DNA of 64,000 bases, from NCBI RefSeq assembly GCF_009914755.1, contig NC_060942.1. One strand, written 5' to 3'. The DNA comes from the human T2T-CHM13v2.0 reference genome, Homo sapiens. Made by a program: the position numbers and the translations under genes. Positions 1 through 14,336 of the stretch are shown here, in pieces. Positions within the stretch are counted from its first letter, which is position 1, and every line of letters begins with the position of its first letter. Under the pieces are notes generated by a model. That model made no database searches and was not told the origin of the DNA. It saw nothing but the letters and a program-made list of their open reading frames with translations.

Positions 1-1179
1 CTGGTCGCAGTAGTTATTTAAATAACATAAGCTTTGCCCGGGCAGGATTTGCTTGCTTTGTTCACAGGTACATCTCATTTGCCAGGACATCTGGCCATGG
101 CCGGCCTGCGGCAAGCACTAGGGGAAAGGATGTGGGCTATGAGCTCACTATGCTCGCCACACCAGGAGATGCTTAGGGGACATTTCTTATTGTAGTAAGT
201 GTCGCCTTGTAAGAAGCAGGGTGTCCAGATAGGATGTTTCAGCCTTCCTTCAATTTTCAAACCTCTGAAAACCCTAATGGACCAGATGCTCCCCCTCCAC
301 CCAATACAAGCTCTTAAAATACTTAATTTTAGCACGCTGCCATTATTTCCCAGTGCCACCTTCCACTCCCTTCTGAGAGGGTCTCAATCAGGCTGGAAGG
401 ACCCCAGAAAAGAAGGGAGGCCCATGCTCAGCAGACTTTGGGTGGCCCCTCCCCTTCTCCAAGGCTCTGGAGTCCTAGGTAGGATGTGGGGTTGGGGTGG
501 CCGTGCACACTTTCAGCAGGATGAATGAAAGGTCTTGCTAGAATAGATGCTGGACACATATCAAGGGCTTCAGTCTGGGGAAACTGTGGCTCTGGCAAAC
601 TGAGAGGCAACAGAGTGAGGCCCAGGAGAAGGAAATGGGCTGGGGCTTAGCATTGTTTCTGGCCACTGGGCCGAAATGCAGGCAGAGAAAGGCCAAGGTT
701 CCATTCCATATGGGTTGTCCCAGAAGCAAAGGATGGTCAGGGAATAAAGTTTGCTTCATGGACATTTGGCAAGAGATGTCACATGATCACATTTCCCAAA
801 ATGAATCTTAGCGGTAGGAGCCTGGAAAAACCATGGAATTCCCAGAAACAAATGGCACTGGGATTACCGACAAGGACCCAAGTGTTGTCAGCACTACAGC
901 CTGCTCTGTCCAATTCACAGAGCGATGTGAGGCTCATGTGGGGTCTGTCCACTGCCACGGAATCACAGAACAGGGCCTGCAAAGAGGAACTGATTCATGC
1001 CATGGGCTTTTAATGGAGAAACAATGTTTTCACTCACGTTGCAGTTCATGAGCTAGAAACAAAACTACCAATAAGACACACGCTAAAAGAAACACTTTTA
1101 GTTATTTACTGCGGAAGTCATGAGAAAAAAACTTAGGACTACAGGCAGAAAGGTAAGCAAAGGATGTAGGGGGAAAAAG

Positions 1180-4100
1180 TCAATTTGATTAAGATATAAT
1201 ACAATATGATAATCACTTTTTTAGGTGTAGAATTTCATGGCTTTTGATGAGTGTATAGAATTTCCAAATCTTTCTTCCCTACCCCAAGACCCTGGTATCT
1301 GCTGGTCTGATTTCTGTCCCTATATCTCTCAGAATGTCATATACATCAAATAAAATCACACAACCTACAGCTGTTTGTGTCTGGCTGCTTTCACTTAGCA
1401 TAATGCTTTGAGGTTCATCCCCAGTATTGTGTTGATTGGATTTATTATTTTTCATTGCTGATTAGTATTCATTGTTCCAAACATTCTTAACTATTTACCT
1501 GTTCATGGGCATTTTGGATTATTTTCAGTTTTTGGTAACTATAAATGAAGCGGCTATAAACATTCACCTATAGGATGTGTGTTTTTATTTTTCTTGAGCG
1601 AATATCCAAGAATAAGATGTTAAGTTGTAGGGGAAGTGTATGTTTAACTTTTGAAAATGTGCCAACTGACGTCTACAGATATTATACCATTTTGGATCCC
1701 CCCCCAGCTGTGTGTTAGTCTTTGGGTTGCTCCACACCCCCAACAACACTTGGTATGGTCAGTTTCAGATGGTCTAATGAGGATGCATAGCAGCATCTTG
1801 GGAAGATTTTAAATTCCATGTTGCGAATGACCAGCAAAGTTAAACGTCTTTTCATGCACTTATTTGCCGTCTTTTTTGGGCAAAGTGTTCAAATCTTTTG
1901 CATTATTTTAACTAGTTGGCTTTGTATTGAATATTGAGGTTTTACATTTTTTAGTATATTTTGGATATGAAACTCTTATCAGTTATGTAATGTGAAATAT
2001 TTTATCCAAATCTGTGACTCGTCTTTAAATTCTCTAAACAATGCATTTCAAAGACCAAAAGTTCTTAATTTCAATTAGCCCAATCTACAGATTTTTTTTC
2101 CTTTACCGGTCCTACTCTTAGCCGAAGGGCTCAAAAAGAGTTTCCGTATGTTTTCTTTTGGAAATTTTATAATTTTAGGTTTAAATTTAGGTCCTGAACT
2201 ATTTTGAGTTTAATTTTTATCTAAAGTATGAAAAAGTATTCCCCCTGTATGGCTCTTCAGTTTTCTGGCATCATTTGTTAACAACATCCATCTTTTCTGA
2301 ATTTCCCTGTTATTTGGTCAAAAGTCAGTTCACTCAAATGTGTCTGTCTATTTTTGGACTCTCTATTCTGTTCCGTTGATCTATTTTTCTATCTTCATGC
2401 CAATTTCACACTGTTTAGATCACCATAGCTTTAGAAAAATCTTGAAATCAGGTAGTTTAAGGTTTCCAATATTGAAATTTAGAAGTCATTTGTCAGTTTC
2501 TACAAAACACTCATGGTATTCTGATTGAAATGGTGTATGTCTTCTTTTGTTGATAACTTCTTTAATTTTTCTCAGCAGCATCATAGATTTCAGTGTACTT
2601 GTCTTGCACATCTTTGTCAGACTCATTCTTCAGTACATGATACTTCATATTTTGATACTATTTTAAATGGATTTCTAAAAGATTTTAATTCTCTGTACAT
2701 ATTGCTAGTATACAGAAATGCAGTTAATTTTTTGTGTATTTATTTTGAATCCTTCAGTTTAGCTAAACTGACTTATTAGTTCTAGTAGGTTTTTAATTTT
2801 AATTTTTTAGATGCTATGGGATTTTCCATATATACTATCATTTCATCTCCAGATAAAGTCAGTCTTAATTATTCCTTCCAATCTGTATGCCTTCTATTTC
2901 TCTTCCTTGCTTTACGACTAGCTTCCAATACAATGTTGAATAGAAGTAGTAGGTATCTGCCTTGTTACTGATCTTAAGGGGAAAACTTTTGATCTTTCAC
3001 CATTAGGTCTATGGTTAGCTGTACTTTTTAAAATATATGTGGTTTATCAGTTCAAAGAATTTCTCATCTTTCTAGTTTTTTTTTAATGCACTAGAACTTA
3101 GTCTCTCTTAGTAAATGTTTGTGTGCACTAGAAAATAATGTATATTTTACTCTGATTAATGGTAAGCCAATTTAGCATACAGTGTTGGCCAAGTCTGTTA
3201 TAAACTTACTGATTTTTCCTCCACTTGTTCTATCAATAATGAGAGAGGGACATTGAAACCTCCAATTATAACTGTAGACTTATTGATTTCTCCTGGTAGT
3301 TCTATGCGTGTTTGCTTCTTGTATTTAAAGCTCTGTTGTTAGATGTGTAAACATTTAAGATTGTTATATACGCTTGATTTTCCTTTAATATTATGATATA
3401 ACTATCCCTAAAAAATCTTGACTTTGAAATCGTCTTTGTCTGACATTAATATAGCTACTCAAGCTTTGTAAAAATTAATGTTTTTATGACATATAGTTCT
3501 CCATTAATAAAACTTTCATCTAATTTGTGTCTTTATATTTAAATTGAGTTTTTTGTTGACAGAATATATAGCTGGTTATGGCTTTAGAAATCATTAAGAC
3601 AATCTCTGTCTTTTAATTGGAGTGTTTACATAATTTATATTTAATACAATTTTAATATGACTGGGTTTATATCTGCCATTTTGGTATTTATTTTCTATTG
3701 TGCCATCCAGTTTTTGTTCTCTTTTTTGTCTTTTTCTGCTTTCTTTTGAATTATTTGAGCATTTTTATCATTCAATTTTGTCTCTTTTGTTGGCTTATTA
3801 GTTAGAATATTTTGTTATACATAACAAATTATTGCTATATGGTTGCTATAGGTGGCTATATGGTTGCTATAGGACTTATGGTATCCAACTTTAACTTATA
3901 AGGGTTTACCTCAAGTGATATTTTATCACTTCTTATACAGAATAAGAAACTTAGGAAGATACAACTTTATTTTTTCCTAGCCTTGTGCTAATGTTGTCAT
4001 ATGTTTTATTTCTACATGTTATACAGCCCTAACTACATTATTACTTTTGCTTTTTACAGGCAATTAGCTTTTTAATTTTATTTTTTTTTACATTTACTCA

Positions 4101-5290
4101 CATAGTGACCATTTCCAGTGGTCTTCATCTTTTGTGTTGATTAGCGATTCTCAACGAAAGCAATTTTCTCCCTTGCAAGAGGCATTTGGCCATGTGTGGA
4201 GACTTTGGTCATCACAACTAGGGAGCGGGGAGTGTTACTGGAACCAAATTGGTAGAGGCCAGAAATGCTGCAAAATGTCCTCCAGTGCATAGGAATCCTC
4301 CCACAACAGAAAATTATCTCCCCAAAGTGTGAGTAATGCTATAATTGAGCAACCTTAGAATAGGTCCAGAATTGCCATCTGGGATCATTTTCCTTCTCCT
4401 TGAAGGACCGACTTTAACATTCCTTGTGGTGTAGTTGAGCTGGTGATTCTTTCAGCTTAGATATATCTCAAAAAGTGTTTGTTTCACCAATGTTTTTGAA
4501 AGCTATTTTCATTGGTACAGATTCTAGGTTGGCAGTTTATTTCTCTACTTTTCTTTTTTTTCCCTTCCCTTATTTTCCCTTTCACTTCTGTACTTAAAGA
4601 TGCTTCTCCATTGTCTTCTGACTTGCATTGTTTTGACTAGAAATTTGCTGTTGCTTATGCTCATTCCTCTGTACGCTGAAGTTCATCACAGCTCCCTGAT
4701 GCTCTTTTCATTTTTAAAATTCTATGTTCTCTACGTATTTATTGCTGTGTCTTCAAGCTTACTCTTCTTTTCTTCTGAAATGTCTAATATTCTGTTAATC
4801 CAATTCCATGCATTTTTAATCCCAGACGCTGTATTTCTAATGTCTAGAAGTTTTCTTCGGGATTTTATTATATTCTCAATGTCACCACTTAATCTGCTCA
4901 GTCTATTTCCAGCTTCTTAAATATATAGAATATAGTTTTACTAACTGTTTCGATGTCCTTATCAACTAATGTTCTATTTGTGTCATTTCTGAGCTAGTTT
5001 TGATTAAGCAAATTTCATCTTAATATTGGATATATTATCCTACTGTTGCATGGCCAGCCTTTTTGATGGATACAATATATTTGAATTTTACTATGTTGGG
5101 TGCTGGATATTTTTGCAACTGTATAAACATTCTTAAACTTTGTTCTCATGCAGTAAAGTGAATTGGAAACAGTCTGTTCCCTGCCTCTTTTGCTTTTTAG
5201 CTTTGGTAGGTAGGCCTAAAAGAGCATTTAGTCTGTTTTCCCCAAAGTTGATGAAAACAAATTATCTGAGCACTCTGCCAATACTCATCT
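1180..5290 (-). mobile_element. Ancient L1M-class LINE-1, fragmented (3' end at left, ORF2/ORF1/5' remnants to right), interrupted by MER20
   Basis: Typical antisense L1 motifs (e.g. 'ctttcacttagcataatgctttgaggttcatcc', 'gattctaggttggcagttt', 'ttgtcttctgacttgcattgttt'); T-rich strand; no intact ORF. May be several pieces. Confidence 0.8.
4142..4356 (+). mobile_element. MER20 (hAT-Charlie MITE) nested in L1
   Basis: 'gcgattctcaac...gaggcatttggccatgtgtggagac...gtagaggccagaaatgctgc...attgagcaacc' follows the recalled MER20 consensus over about 215 bp. Confidence 0.85.
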
Positions 5291-5309
5291 GAAATCATAG
5301 ATTCCAAAA

Positions 5310-8300
5310 GGAAATGGAATAAAAATTTCCAACTGCTGAAAAAATACAACTGTCAACCTAGAATCCTATATACGGTAAAACCATCCTTTAGGAATAATGG
5401 GGAAATAAGGAAATTCTCAGAGGACAGAAAAACTAAAAGAATTAGTGGCTGGCAGACCTACCCTTAAAGACTCACCAAAAGAAGTTCTTCAAATAGAAAA
5501 AGAAACAGTAAAAGAAGCAACCTTGAATCTGCAGAAGGAGGAAGGAGCAATGGAGGAGCAGAAAGATGGGTACGTATGGTGGACTACTTTGTTCTCAAGC
5601 GTTTTATAAATTGCATTTCATGATTGAAACAAATATTTTAACAGCATCTGATACTCAACACAATGATCTTCTAAATGAAAGGCCAAAGGGGCCTAAATGG
5701 AGATAAGGGTTTCAGACTTAAAGTGGTAAGACGTTGATACCACTAGGTCAAGCCACATGATATATGCATATTTTAATAGCCAGAGCAATCACTGTGAAAA
5801 CTATACAAAAAGATACATGTAAAAACTCTACACATAAACCAAGAAAGATTTGTAAAAATATGTTTAAATAACTCAAAGGAAGTCAAGAACAGAGAAAAAG
5901 AGGAGAAAAACTAGAGAAAACACATGAAAATGATAGACTTCAACTCTAACATATAATTACCTTAATATATATGGACTTAATATACTAGTCAAAATACAGA
6001 GACCAGCAGAATGGATGCAGAGTGTTATTCAAGGCTGGTCAGCAGTTGAAAATCAACCAAGGTTTTCTACCATACGAACACACCAAAGAAGAAAAACCAT
6101 ATGATCACATTAATTAATATAAAAAAGCATCAAATTGTCAAAAATCTGACACCATTAATGATTTAAAATATATTCTCAGCAAGTGAGGAATAGAAGGGGC
6201 TTACTTCAACTTGATAAAGAAGATTTATTTAAAAAAACTATAGCTAAAATCATAGTTAATGGCGACTTAAGGCTTTCCTCCTAAGATCAGAAACAAAGCA
6301 AGGATGTTAGCTCTCACCAATTGTATTCAACCTAGTACTTGCAATTCTATCCACTGCAAAAAGATAAGAAAAGGAACAGAAAGCACACAGGTTGATATGG
6401 AAGAAATTAAAATTTCTTTGTTTGAAAATGACATGATTGTATAGAAAATCTCAAGGAATTTACACATACAAAAAAACCTTATGTAACTAATAAGTGAGTT
6501 CAGCAAACTTGCAGGACACAAATTCAAGAAGAATTTCTATATATCAGTAATGAATGTGGAAACCTAAATTAAAAACACAATACTATTCATTATTGCCCTT
6601 GAACAAAATGAAATATGTACTAAAGTATCCACTTTACCAAATATATATAGAATCTGTATGCTGCACATTGAAAAATGCTGATTAAAGAAGTCAAAGAAGA
6701 CATAAACAAATGGAGAACCAAACCATATTGATAAATTAGAAGAATCGACATAAAAAGATCTCATTTCTCCCCATATTGATCTACAGGTTTAATGCAGCTC
6801 CTTTCAAAATCTCTGTAGGATTGTTTTTTGTAGATATAGATAAAACTTACTTTAAAATTCATGTGAAGAGGCACAGGCCCTAGAATAGAGAAAATAATAT
6901 TGATGACAGAGAATAAAGTAGGAGGAATAGCTCTACCTGATAGCAAGGCTTACTATGTAGCTGCATGATCTAGATAGTGTGGACCTGGTGGGAGGATAGA
7001 TACATAGATACTCAGAACAGAATAGAAAACCCAGAAATAGAACTCCACACATATGCTCAACTTATTTTTGAAAAAGGTGAAAAAAGCAATTTAATGGAGG
7101 AAGGATGAACTTCTCAACACATGGTGCTTGAACAATTGGACAGAGATAGGAAAGAGAGAGAGGGAGAGGGAGAGAGAAAAAGGACCTGACCCATGTTCCA
7201 CACTTTATACAAAAAGTAACTCAGAATGAATGATAGACTGAAACATATTGCATAAAATTAAAGAAGTATTAGAAAAAAATTGAATAAAATCTTTGGAATG
7301 TAGGGATAGGCACAGTTCTTAGACTTGACACCAAAAGTCTAATTAATAAAAGGAAAAAAATGGGTTAATTGGTCCTCATCAAAATTGAAAACATTTGTTT
7401 TTCAAAAGTTCCTACAAAGAGAAGGAAAAAACCCTGTCAATTATTAGAAAACATTTTCAAACCACATACTCAACAAAAGAAGAGTATCTAGAATATATAA
7501 AGAACTCTCACAACTCAAAATTCAAAAAATAAACAATCCAATTAGAAAATGAACAAAAGATATGAACAGACATTCACTGAAGAGGATATACAATATATGA
7601 GCAATAAATGTATGATAAGATGTTCAACAGTATTAGCTAATAGTTAAATGCAAATCAAAACTGCAATGAGCTATTACTATATGCCTATTAGAAAGGCTAA
7701 CATAAAAATAGTGACAATATCAACCGCTGGCGAGGATGGGAATCAATCATCCACTGATGGTGGGAATTTGAAATGGTGCAGCCCCTCTGGAAAAGAGTTT
7801 TGCAGTTTTTAAATAAAGCTAAAAGTGCAATTACCATACAACTAAGCAATTGTACTATTCAGCAGTTAACCCAGAGAAATGAAAACAGGTTCACAGAAAA
7901 ACCTGCACATGAATGTTAATACTCCTTTTTTTTTTTAACTGGCCCAAAACTAGAAACAACCTGGCCATCTTTCGACATATATATGGTTAAATAAACCATG
8001 GAATACCACTCTTCAACAAAAAGAATAAAGTATTGATATACACAAGGACTTGGATAAATTTCTAGTGATACACTTCCAATTATGAATTTGTAATTATGCT
8101 TAGTAAAAAAAGCCACTTCATCTATAAAGGATTTTTCAATGACAAAATTTCAGCAATGGATAACTGATTAGTGGTTTTCTGGGGTTAGATACGGCAGGGG
8201 AGAAGCTGGAGAGAGGGGCCTGTGGTTATTAAATGGTAACACAAGAAATCCTTATGATGATAGAATGTTCAGGATCTTAACTGCAGTGGTAGAAACCTAT

Positions 8301-8360
8301 GCATAGAATAAAATGTTGGAGAGCTAAATTCACACCCATGCATGAGTACAAGTAACATTG
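5310..8360 (+). mobile_element. Ancient L1M (L1MC/MD-like): ORF1 C-terminus, deleted and degenerate ORF2, 3' UTR
   Basis: 'tgtcaacctagaatcctata' (ORF1 end), 'gctttcctcctaagatcagaaacaaagcaaggatg', 'gtttgaaaatgacatgattgtata' (RT FADDMI region), 3' UTR motifs; many stops. Confidence 0.85.
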
Positions 8361-8419
8361 GCCCAGTTTGTAGTAATTTGTTTTATGGCAGCAATAGAAA
8401 AAAACGCAATGCTGTTTGA

Positions 8420-8665
8420 GCCAACATGAAGCAAGAAACAGGCAGGATGATCTGATGGAAATCAGAACAGTGATGCGTATGTGGTGGGCAAGGAGAGACT
8501 GGAGATCAGGCAAGAAGCATGTTCTGGTGTGATAGAAATATTTCGTATCCTGACGAAGCCTTGGGTTACTTAGACATATGCATTTGTCAAAACTTATCAA
8601 ACCATACACTTAAGTAAGATCTGTGCATTTCAGAAAATGTAAATTATACCTCAGTTAAGAAAAAG
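8420..8665 (+). mobile_element. L1ME-type 3' end fragment
   Basis: 'catttgtcaaaacttatcaaaccatacacttaag...tgtaaattatacctcagttaagaaaaa' matches old L1 3' termini. Confidence 0.7.
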
Positions 8666-8874
8666 TATCTGATTATAATCTGAAAATTGAATTAAATGTT
8701 CTGAATATTTTGTAGCTAAATGAGGTCTGGTAGAATAATTTCTCTAACTCTTAACGGATTTTGAAATCAAATTTAAATACTTTTACTCAATTGTTAATAT
8801 TTGTGTAATATTTTCATAGCACCAAACTATTAAAATATAAATGAGAAATAGATGATGGTGAGGACCAAACACTG

Positions 8875-9055
8875 CTTGCATTTGAATTACGGTTCTTCAG
8901 CTTATTGGTTCTTGGTTTTCAGCAAGTTACTTAGCCTCAGTTTATGCCTTGACCAAAGGGGATATTAGTGTTGACTTTGCAAACTTACTTCGTGAGGATA
9001 AATGAGAATGTGTATCAAGCACTTAGTATCTAGTAAGTGTTCAATAAGATTGATC
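8875..9055 (+). mobile_element. MIR SINE
   Basis: 'gcaagttacttagcctcagttt...gtgaggataaatgag...aagcacttag...tagtaagtgttcaataa' core and tail. Confidence 0.75.
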
Positions 9056-11109
9056 ACTCTTGTTACTTCAAATCACAAATATATGGTATTATTTATGTAC
9101 CACATACAAAATTAATCTTAATCTAATAGAAATCTAGTGGAAAACAACAGGTGAATAAAAATTCTGATTGTTAGGCTTGTATTTGCTCCTCATCTCAAGA
9201 TGCCATCGAATAGTGGGGATGTCTTATGGTCAATGACGGCTATTTCCATAGTCAATGAGATTCCTACTCAATCCATTTTGGGGTTGCAAGTGGTAATCAA
9301 ACCAAAGTGTCAGATGAGATGCTTACATGACTCACAGAGTACAAAATGGGAAAGTTCAAAGAAACCTCGGAACCACTGCTGGGAACAACAGCACGTGCAC
9401 CAGGACCCCAACAGAAGCTGGGCAAATGTCCGCCGCTGCTAGGAAGCCACTTGGTAGAAACAGGTGTGATACTTTCGACCAAAGCCTCTTACGTATGAAA
9501 GAAGGAGCTGGTTTTGCTAGTTGAAACTCTGCCCAGAGGCAGCACGGCCCAGCGGGTCACGGGCCGTCATACCCTCCACCATCAAGAGTGACCCCCCAGC
9601 AAGTTCACCCCCAGGGGCGGGCTGCGTGTGATGGGAGCACCAACCATCCAGGAACCACATTGTCTGTTTCTCTGCCACAGCCTGATTAGGTCACCATCAT
9701 CAAAGAGGAATATCGCTTGCTAACTTTTACCAACATCTTATCTTTTATTCTAATAGTGTAGAAGCGCATACTCATGTGGAAACAATGACTTAGATGGGTT
9801 TAGTCACTTCCCTCAAAGAGGGCTGCTGCTTTCATGAAGGTCTTGGAGTGTGCACAAAGTCCATGGCCCTGGTGAAGACACAGCTGTCCTATCTTGACAT
9901 TTGTTTGCAAGCTCCCTGTTTTGCCATGCTGGTACGGACATTTAATAAATATGCTGAAATGGAGAATTAAAGTAAAAGCATGGGGGAAGAGATTTTTTTT
10001 GCTCTATGTGAAATTGGGACTTTGAAAGACTAAACAATGGCTACTCCTTGTAACATTAATTATCTGTAGAATGAGGCATCGACGGCAGATGTGCCTGTGG
10101 TTCCGTCTCAGCATCAGCTTCCAGACTTCAATCAGTGTGTGACTCACAGTTAGTGAAAGAAAAATTGTTCGGGCTATACAAGAAGAGCATAAATATTATG
10201 TGTCACTTGGTATCATAATTAACTGCATGCTTCAAATATTTCTTTCATGTCTGCTTTCACAATAGGTAATATAATTTACCATTAATAGGATTAAAATGTC
10301 TTCTTTTAAATAAATAAAGGTAAATACTTCAGTGGTTTAAACTGTTTTCTATTTGTTTGTACTGATACATATTTTGCCACAGGCAATCTCTTTATACCCT
10401 GCAGAAGAAAATAATGAGGAAAATTGGAGATAATTTATGCCGTCCAGAAGGAAAAGCTTTGCATGATTATTATTTTTGCTTTTGCTCAATAATAAAGCAG
10501 CCTCTTTTCATGAAGCATTGGGAGAAAAACATCCTGACTTCCAAGCTGTTGTACAATTTTAAAGATCTGAGGTAAAGTAGGAAAAAAAACCCCATCATTG
10601 CATGAAGACAGGAAGTTTACCCTGGAGAATTAATGCAAGCAGTTCAGGAAACTCCAAACAGAAGAGTGCCCACGTTCAGGCTCCTTTTTAAAACTGATAA
10701 CTGAGAGAAAGGGAGGCTTGCTTAGATGATTTTTTTTAAACTTTCCATTTTATATTTTCCGTAGCACGCTCAGCACACTGTCATGCGGGCTGACACAAAC
10801 CAGCGCAGGTTAGGAAACTCATTACAACTCTGAACTTGTGCAATGTTCAAACAGGTCAGAAATTAAAACCTATAACCTATGGCATGGTGTCTCCTAAGGA
10901 GCCAAGTTTTAATTTGATCCAGAAAGAAGGAACCATTGTTTAACTAGGCATATGTCTAAATACAGCATACCATGCATCATAACGTGTACACGCTCCTGAT
11001 AATGTCCTTAAAGGTTAGGGGATGGTGGGCTTGGCAGGGTGTAGGGAGAAAAGGCATGGAAGTGCAAATCTAGAAAGAACATTGGGGATGAGCTAGATGA
11101 GTCTCCTCT

Positions 11110-11250
11110 TCTTGCAGAAAAGGCACTGAGTCCTAGAAACGTTAGGTGACTTGCTCAAGGTCACTCAGCTGCCAAGTGGCACAGCCAGGCATAGAATCCT
11201 GGTCTGTAGACATCCACTGTAGTGCTTTTCCCATTATGTGATGCTGCCTC
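11110..11250 (-). mobile_element. MIR SINE
   Basis: 'actgagtcctagaaacgttaggtgacttgctcaaggtcactcagct' antisense MIR core. Confidence 0.8.
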
Positions 11251-12654
11251 CAATGTCTCTTTGGAAGTGATCTTCTCTTTCCAGCCATTACCGCCAAGTG
11301 GAATTTGGCATCAACTATTGGACGTGCTCACTTCACTGCCGATCTATCTATTGACGTTTCATTAGGGAGCCATATGCATTTGCCAAGGATGAATGAGTTC
11401 ATTAGCACTGAGACTAATAAACTTTAAAAAGTTAATAATGTGAATATGTTTGATGTGGAATTATGCATACAGGCATTAGGAGTCACAAAAAAAGGCTTTC
11501 TTCATATGCTCAGCTTTTTCTATAATTTTACTGGTGTGATAGACTTAAATTTTCTGAAAACTCAGAATAGCACTCACTCTCAAAGTATACTTATCATCCC
11601 TGTCCTCCATTTTTGTGGCAGTTTCTCCAATTAGTGCACTTCAGAAACAACTAAAACCAACAGCAAAAATAAATAGTAACAACAAAACAGTGAGTTTTAT
11701 CTCAACTGTGAATTTCTCTCCCTGTTGTTTTGGTTTATATTGTTACTGGTTTCTACCCCTTACTTACTCTGTTTATTCCCTTCTTTAGTGAGGGAATGGG
11801 AGTGACGATGGTTGAGTCTTCACCCACAGGGCTCAGGAGGGATTTCCAGAGTTCGGTACCTTATAATATTGACTTGGATTCACTAGGGCAGGTTCTTGGG
11901 GGGTAGGTGGGGACCTCCAGGAATCCAGTACATTTTACCACACTCTGGTAAACTCTCTGAATATGTTTCCATGTGGATATGGCGTTGGGTTAATGATGCT
12001 TGCTAAATATTCTGGGTTTTCTGTTTCCTGCTGTCCATACCTGGGTGTAGGGAGCAGCCCGGTGAGGAATCTGGGTCAATCCCATGACATTTGGTGGAGG
12101 GAGATGAGAGGAGGTTTGGGTCACGGAACTATCCTCTTATTGATCCCCAAAGAAACAATAACGTTTTGTTCCTATAAATATAAATATTTTCTTCAACTAG
12201 GAATCCAATACGAAAAGGTTTTTTTCCTCTGAGACTGACCTACTCATGATTAGCCTCTTTGAATAAAGGACCTGTTTACATTTTCCTTCTAAAATGGTTC
12301 TCAGATATTGGGAAAACTCAAGCTTTTATTTGGAGGTTATTTAATAGAATCCCTTAATTTTTTTTTTTTGATAGTGATTTTTCTTAACTGACATTCAATT
12401 TCAACAAAATGTGGTCTTGACTACTTAACAATTTTCCAACGTTGGGGAACTTACAGAGAAATAGGTGACACCCAACAGAGAAACACAGATGATGGTGGGC
12501 CCAGTGAAGATGAAGGTGAGGCCCAACTGCCCGAAAAACTGCAGGATAAGCAGAGGGAGGAACTCCCCCAGACCAGCAGGGGTCGTGCTTCTGGCCTTAC
12601 AGGGCCCCCGACACCTCTCCCCATGGCTTTTACCCTGAGAGGTGGTTCTGCCTG

Positions 12655-12900
12655 GGGTTAAGAGTGTGGGCTCTGTCGTCACGTTGAACTCAAGTTCTAG
12701 CAGTTACTGACTGTAGAATATGAGTTCAGCTTCTTTCCTTCTCTGAGCCTCGGTTTGCTCATTTGTAAAATGAGGAGACTATTAGTGCCTATCTCTATCT
12801 CATAGAATGGAGTTGTTCGGACTAAAAAAGTAATTTATTGGAAGCAGCTGCTGCTGGCGGGTGTGCCATGGGAAGTATTCACTAAATTCTTATAACCGTT
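12655..12900 (+). mobile_element. MIR SINE
   Basis: 'ttctctgagcctcggtttgctcatttgtaaaatgagga' core. Confidence 0.8.
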
Positions 12901-13257
12901 ACGATCACACCTCTCATGAGCCTCTTGACTCTTCTGTGACCAGACCCTTGCCCCTCGATTCTTCCAATACACCACGGCTGAGCTTCATTTTGTCACTCTC
13001 TTACTAAAAACATCTGTCCATTGCTCTAGGATAAAGCGCAAACTCACAGCGTGGACTGACGTTTGTGTGTGAAATATGCCACAAGTGCACAGTAAGTGCT
13101 CCGTAAGCGTAGCTCCCACACATTCCTTCATTTGTTCCTTCAGTGATCCTGCAATGGAGACTGAAAGCCAGCTGGACCTCTTCTCTGTGCCCTTACCCTC
13201 AGATCAATGAACACCTCTCTGGGTATCCTTTCCTCAACTCTGTAAAGGAAGTCTGCT

Positions 13258-13762
13258 GCACTATTTACAATAAAAAACACTTGGAACCAACCCAAATGCC
13301 CATTGATAATAGACTGGATAAAGAAAATGTGGCACATATATACCATGGAATACAATGCAGCCATAATAAAGGATGAGTTCATGATGAGTTCATGTCCTTT
13401 GCAGGGACATGGATGAAGCTGGAAGCCATCATTCTCAGCAAACTAAAAAAGGAACAGAAAACCAAACACCGCATGTTCTCACTCATAAGTGGAAGTTGAA
13501 CAATGAGAACACATGCACACAGGAAGGGGAACATCACACACTGGGGCCTTTTGGGGTTTGGGGGGCTAGGGGAGGGAGAGCATTAGGACAAACGCCTAAT
13601 GCATGCGGGGCTTAAAACCTAGATGAGGGGTTGATAGGTGCAACAAACCACCATGGCACATGTATACCTATGTAACAAACCTGCACGTTCTGCACATGTA
13701 TCTGAGAGTTTAAAGTAAAATTTAAAAAAAAAAACAAAAAAACAAACAAAATAAACAAAAAA
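13258..13762 (+). mobile_element. 5'-truncated L1PA (L1PA7/8-like) 3' end with A-rich tail
   Basis: Close match to primate L1 ORF2 end and 3' UTR ('catggatgaagctggaagccatcattctcagcaaact', 'gcttaaaacctagatg', 'tatgtaacaaacctgcacgttctgcacatgta'), A-rich tail 13724-13762, partial TSD 'tctgctgc' on both sides. Confidence 0.93.
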
Positions 13763-13875
13763 TCTCTGCTGCCACGTTACACTGATTTCCTTAGGCCGCT
13801 GATGGTTTCCCAGGTGCACCTTCCCCCCAGCTCAGCTCAGCCCTGCCCTTCTCTCCTCGGCTCTTGCTCTCCCTC

Positions 13876-14336
13876 TGAGGGGAGGTGGGGCTCAGACACC
13901 AGACCAAACTGAGGACAAGCTGAAACAGACAGAGCAGAAGCTGTTTCCCATAAGACACGCCCACCAGTGTGCCAGGTCAGTTACCATTGCCATGGCAACA
14001 CGAGGGAGTTACCACCCCTTTCCATGGCAACGACCCAACCACCAGGAAGTTACCACCTCTTTCCTAGAAATTTCTGCATAATCTGCCCCTTAATTTGCAT
14101 GTAATTGAAAGTGGGTATAAATATGACTGCAGGCCTGCCCCTGAGCTGCCACTCTGGGCACACTCCCTGTGGGGTCGCCCTGCTCTGCAAGGAGTTAGGA
14201 CCTCTGCCGCTGCTTTGCATGGCAGCTTCAGTAAAAGCTGCTAACACCACCAGCTCGCCCTTGAATTCTTTCCTGGTTGAAGCCGAGGATCCTCTGGGCT
14301 AATCCCCAGTTTGGGGGCTTGCCAGCTCCTCATCCA
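13876..14336 (+). mobile_element. ERV1-class solo LTR (MER66/MER41-group like)
   Basis: TG...CA ends, 'gccatggcaac...ggaagttacc' blocks, TATAAA at 14116, degenerate polyA signal 'cagtaaaag', 'ctcgcccttgaattctttcctgg' U5 motif. Exact subfamily uncertain. Confidence 0.8.

Noticed and set aside
3832-3873. 21-bp tandem duplication in L1
   Set aside because: Ordinary slippage event with no functional indication.
1180-8360. Head-to-head L1 pair as a twin-priming inversion or dsRNA source
   Set aside because: Each piece has its own 3' end and both are highly diverged; two independent old insertions is simpler.
13544-13578. G-quadruplex motif
   Set aside because: Real, but it is the standard G-rich tract of L1PA 3' UTRs.
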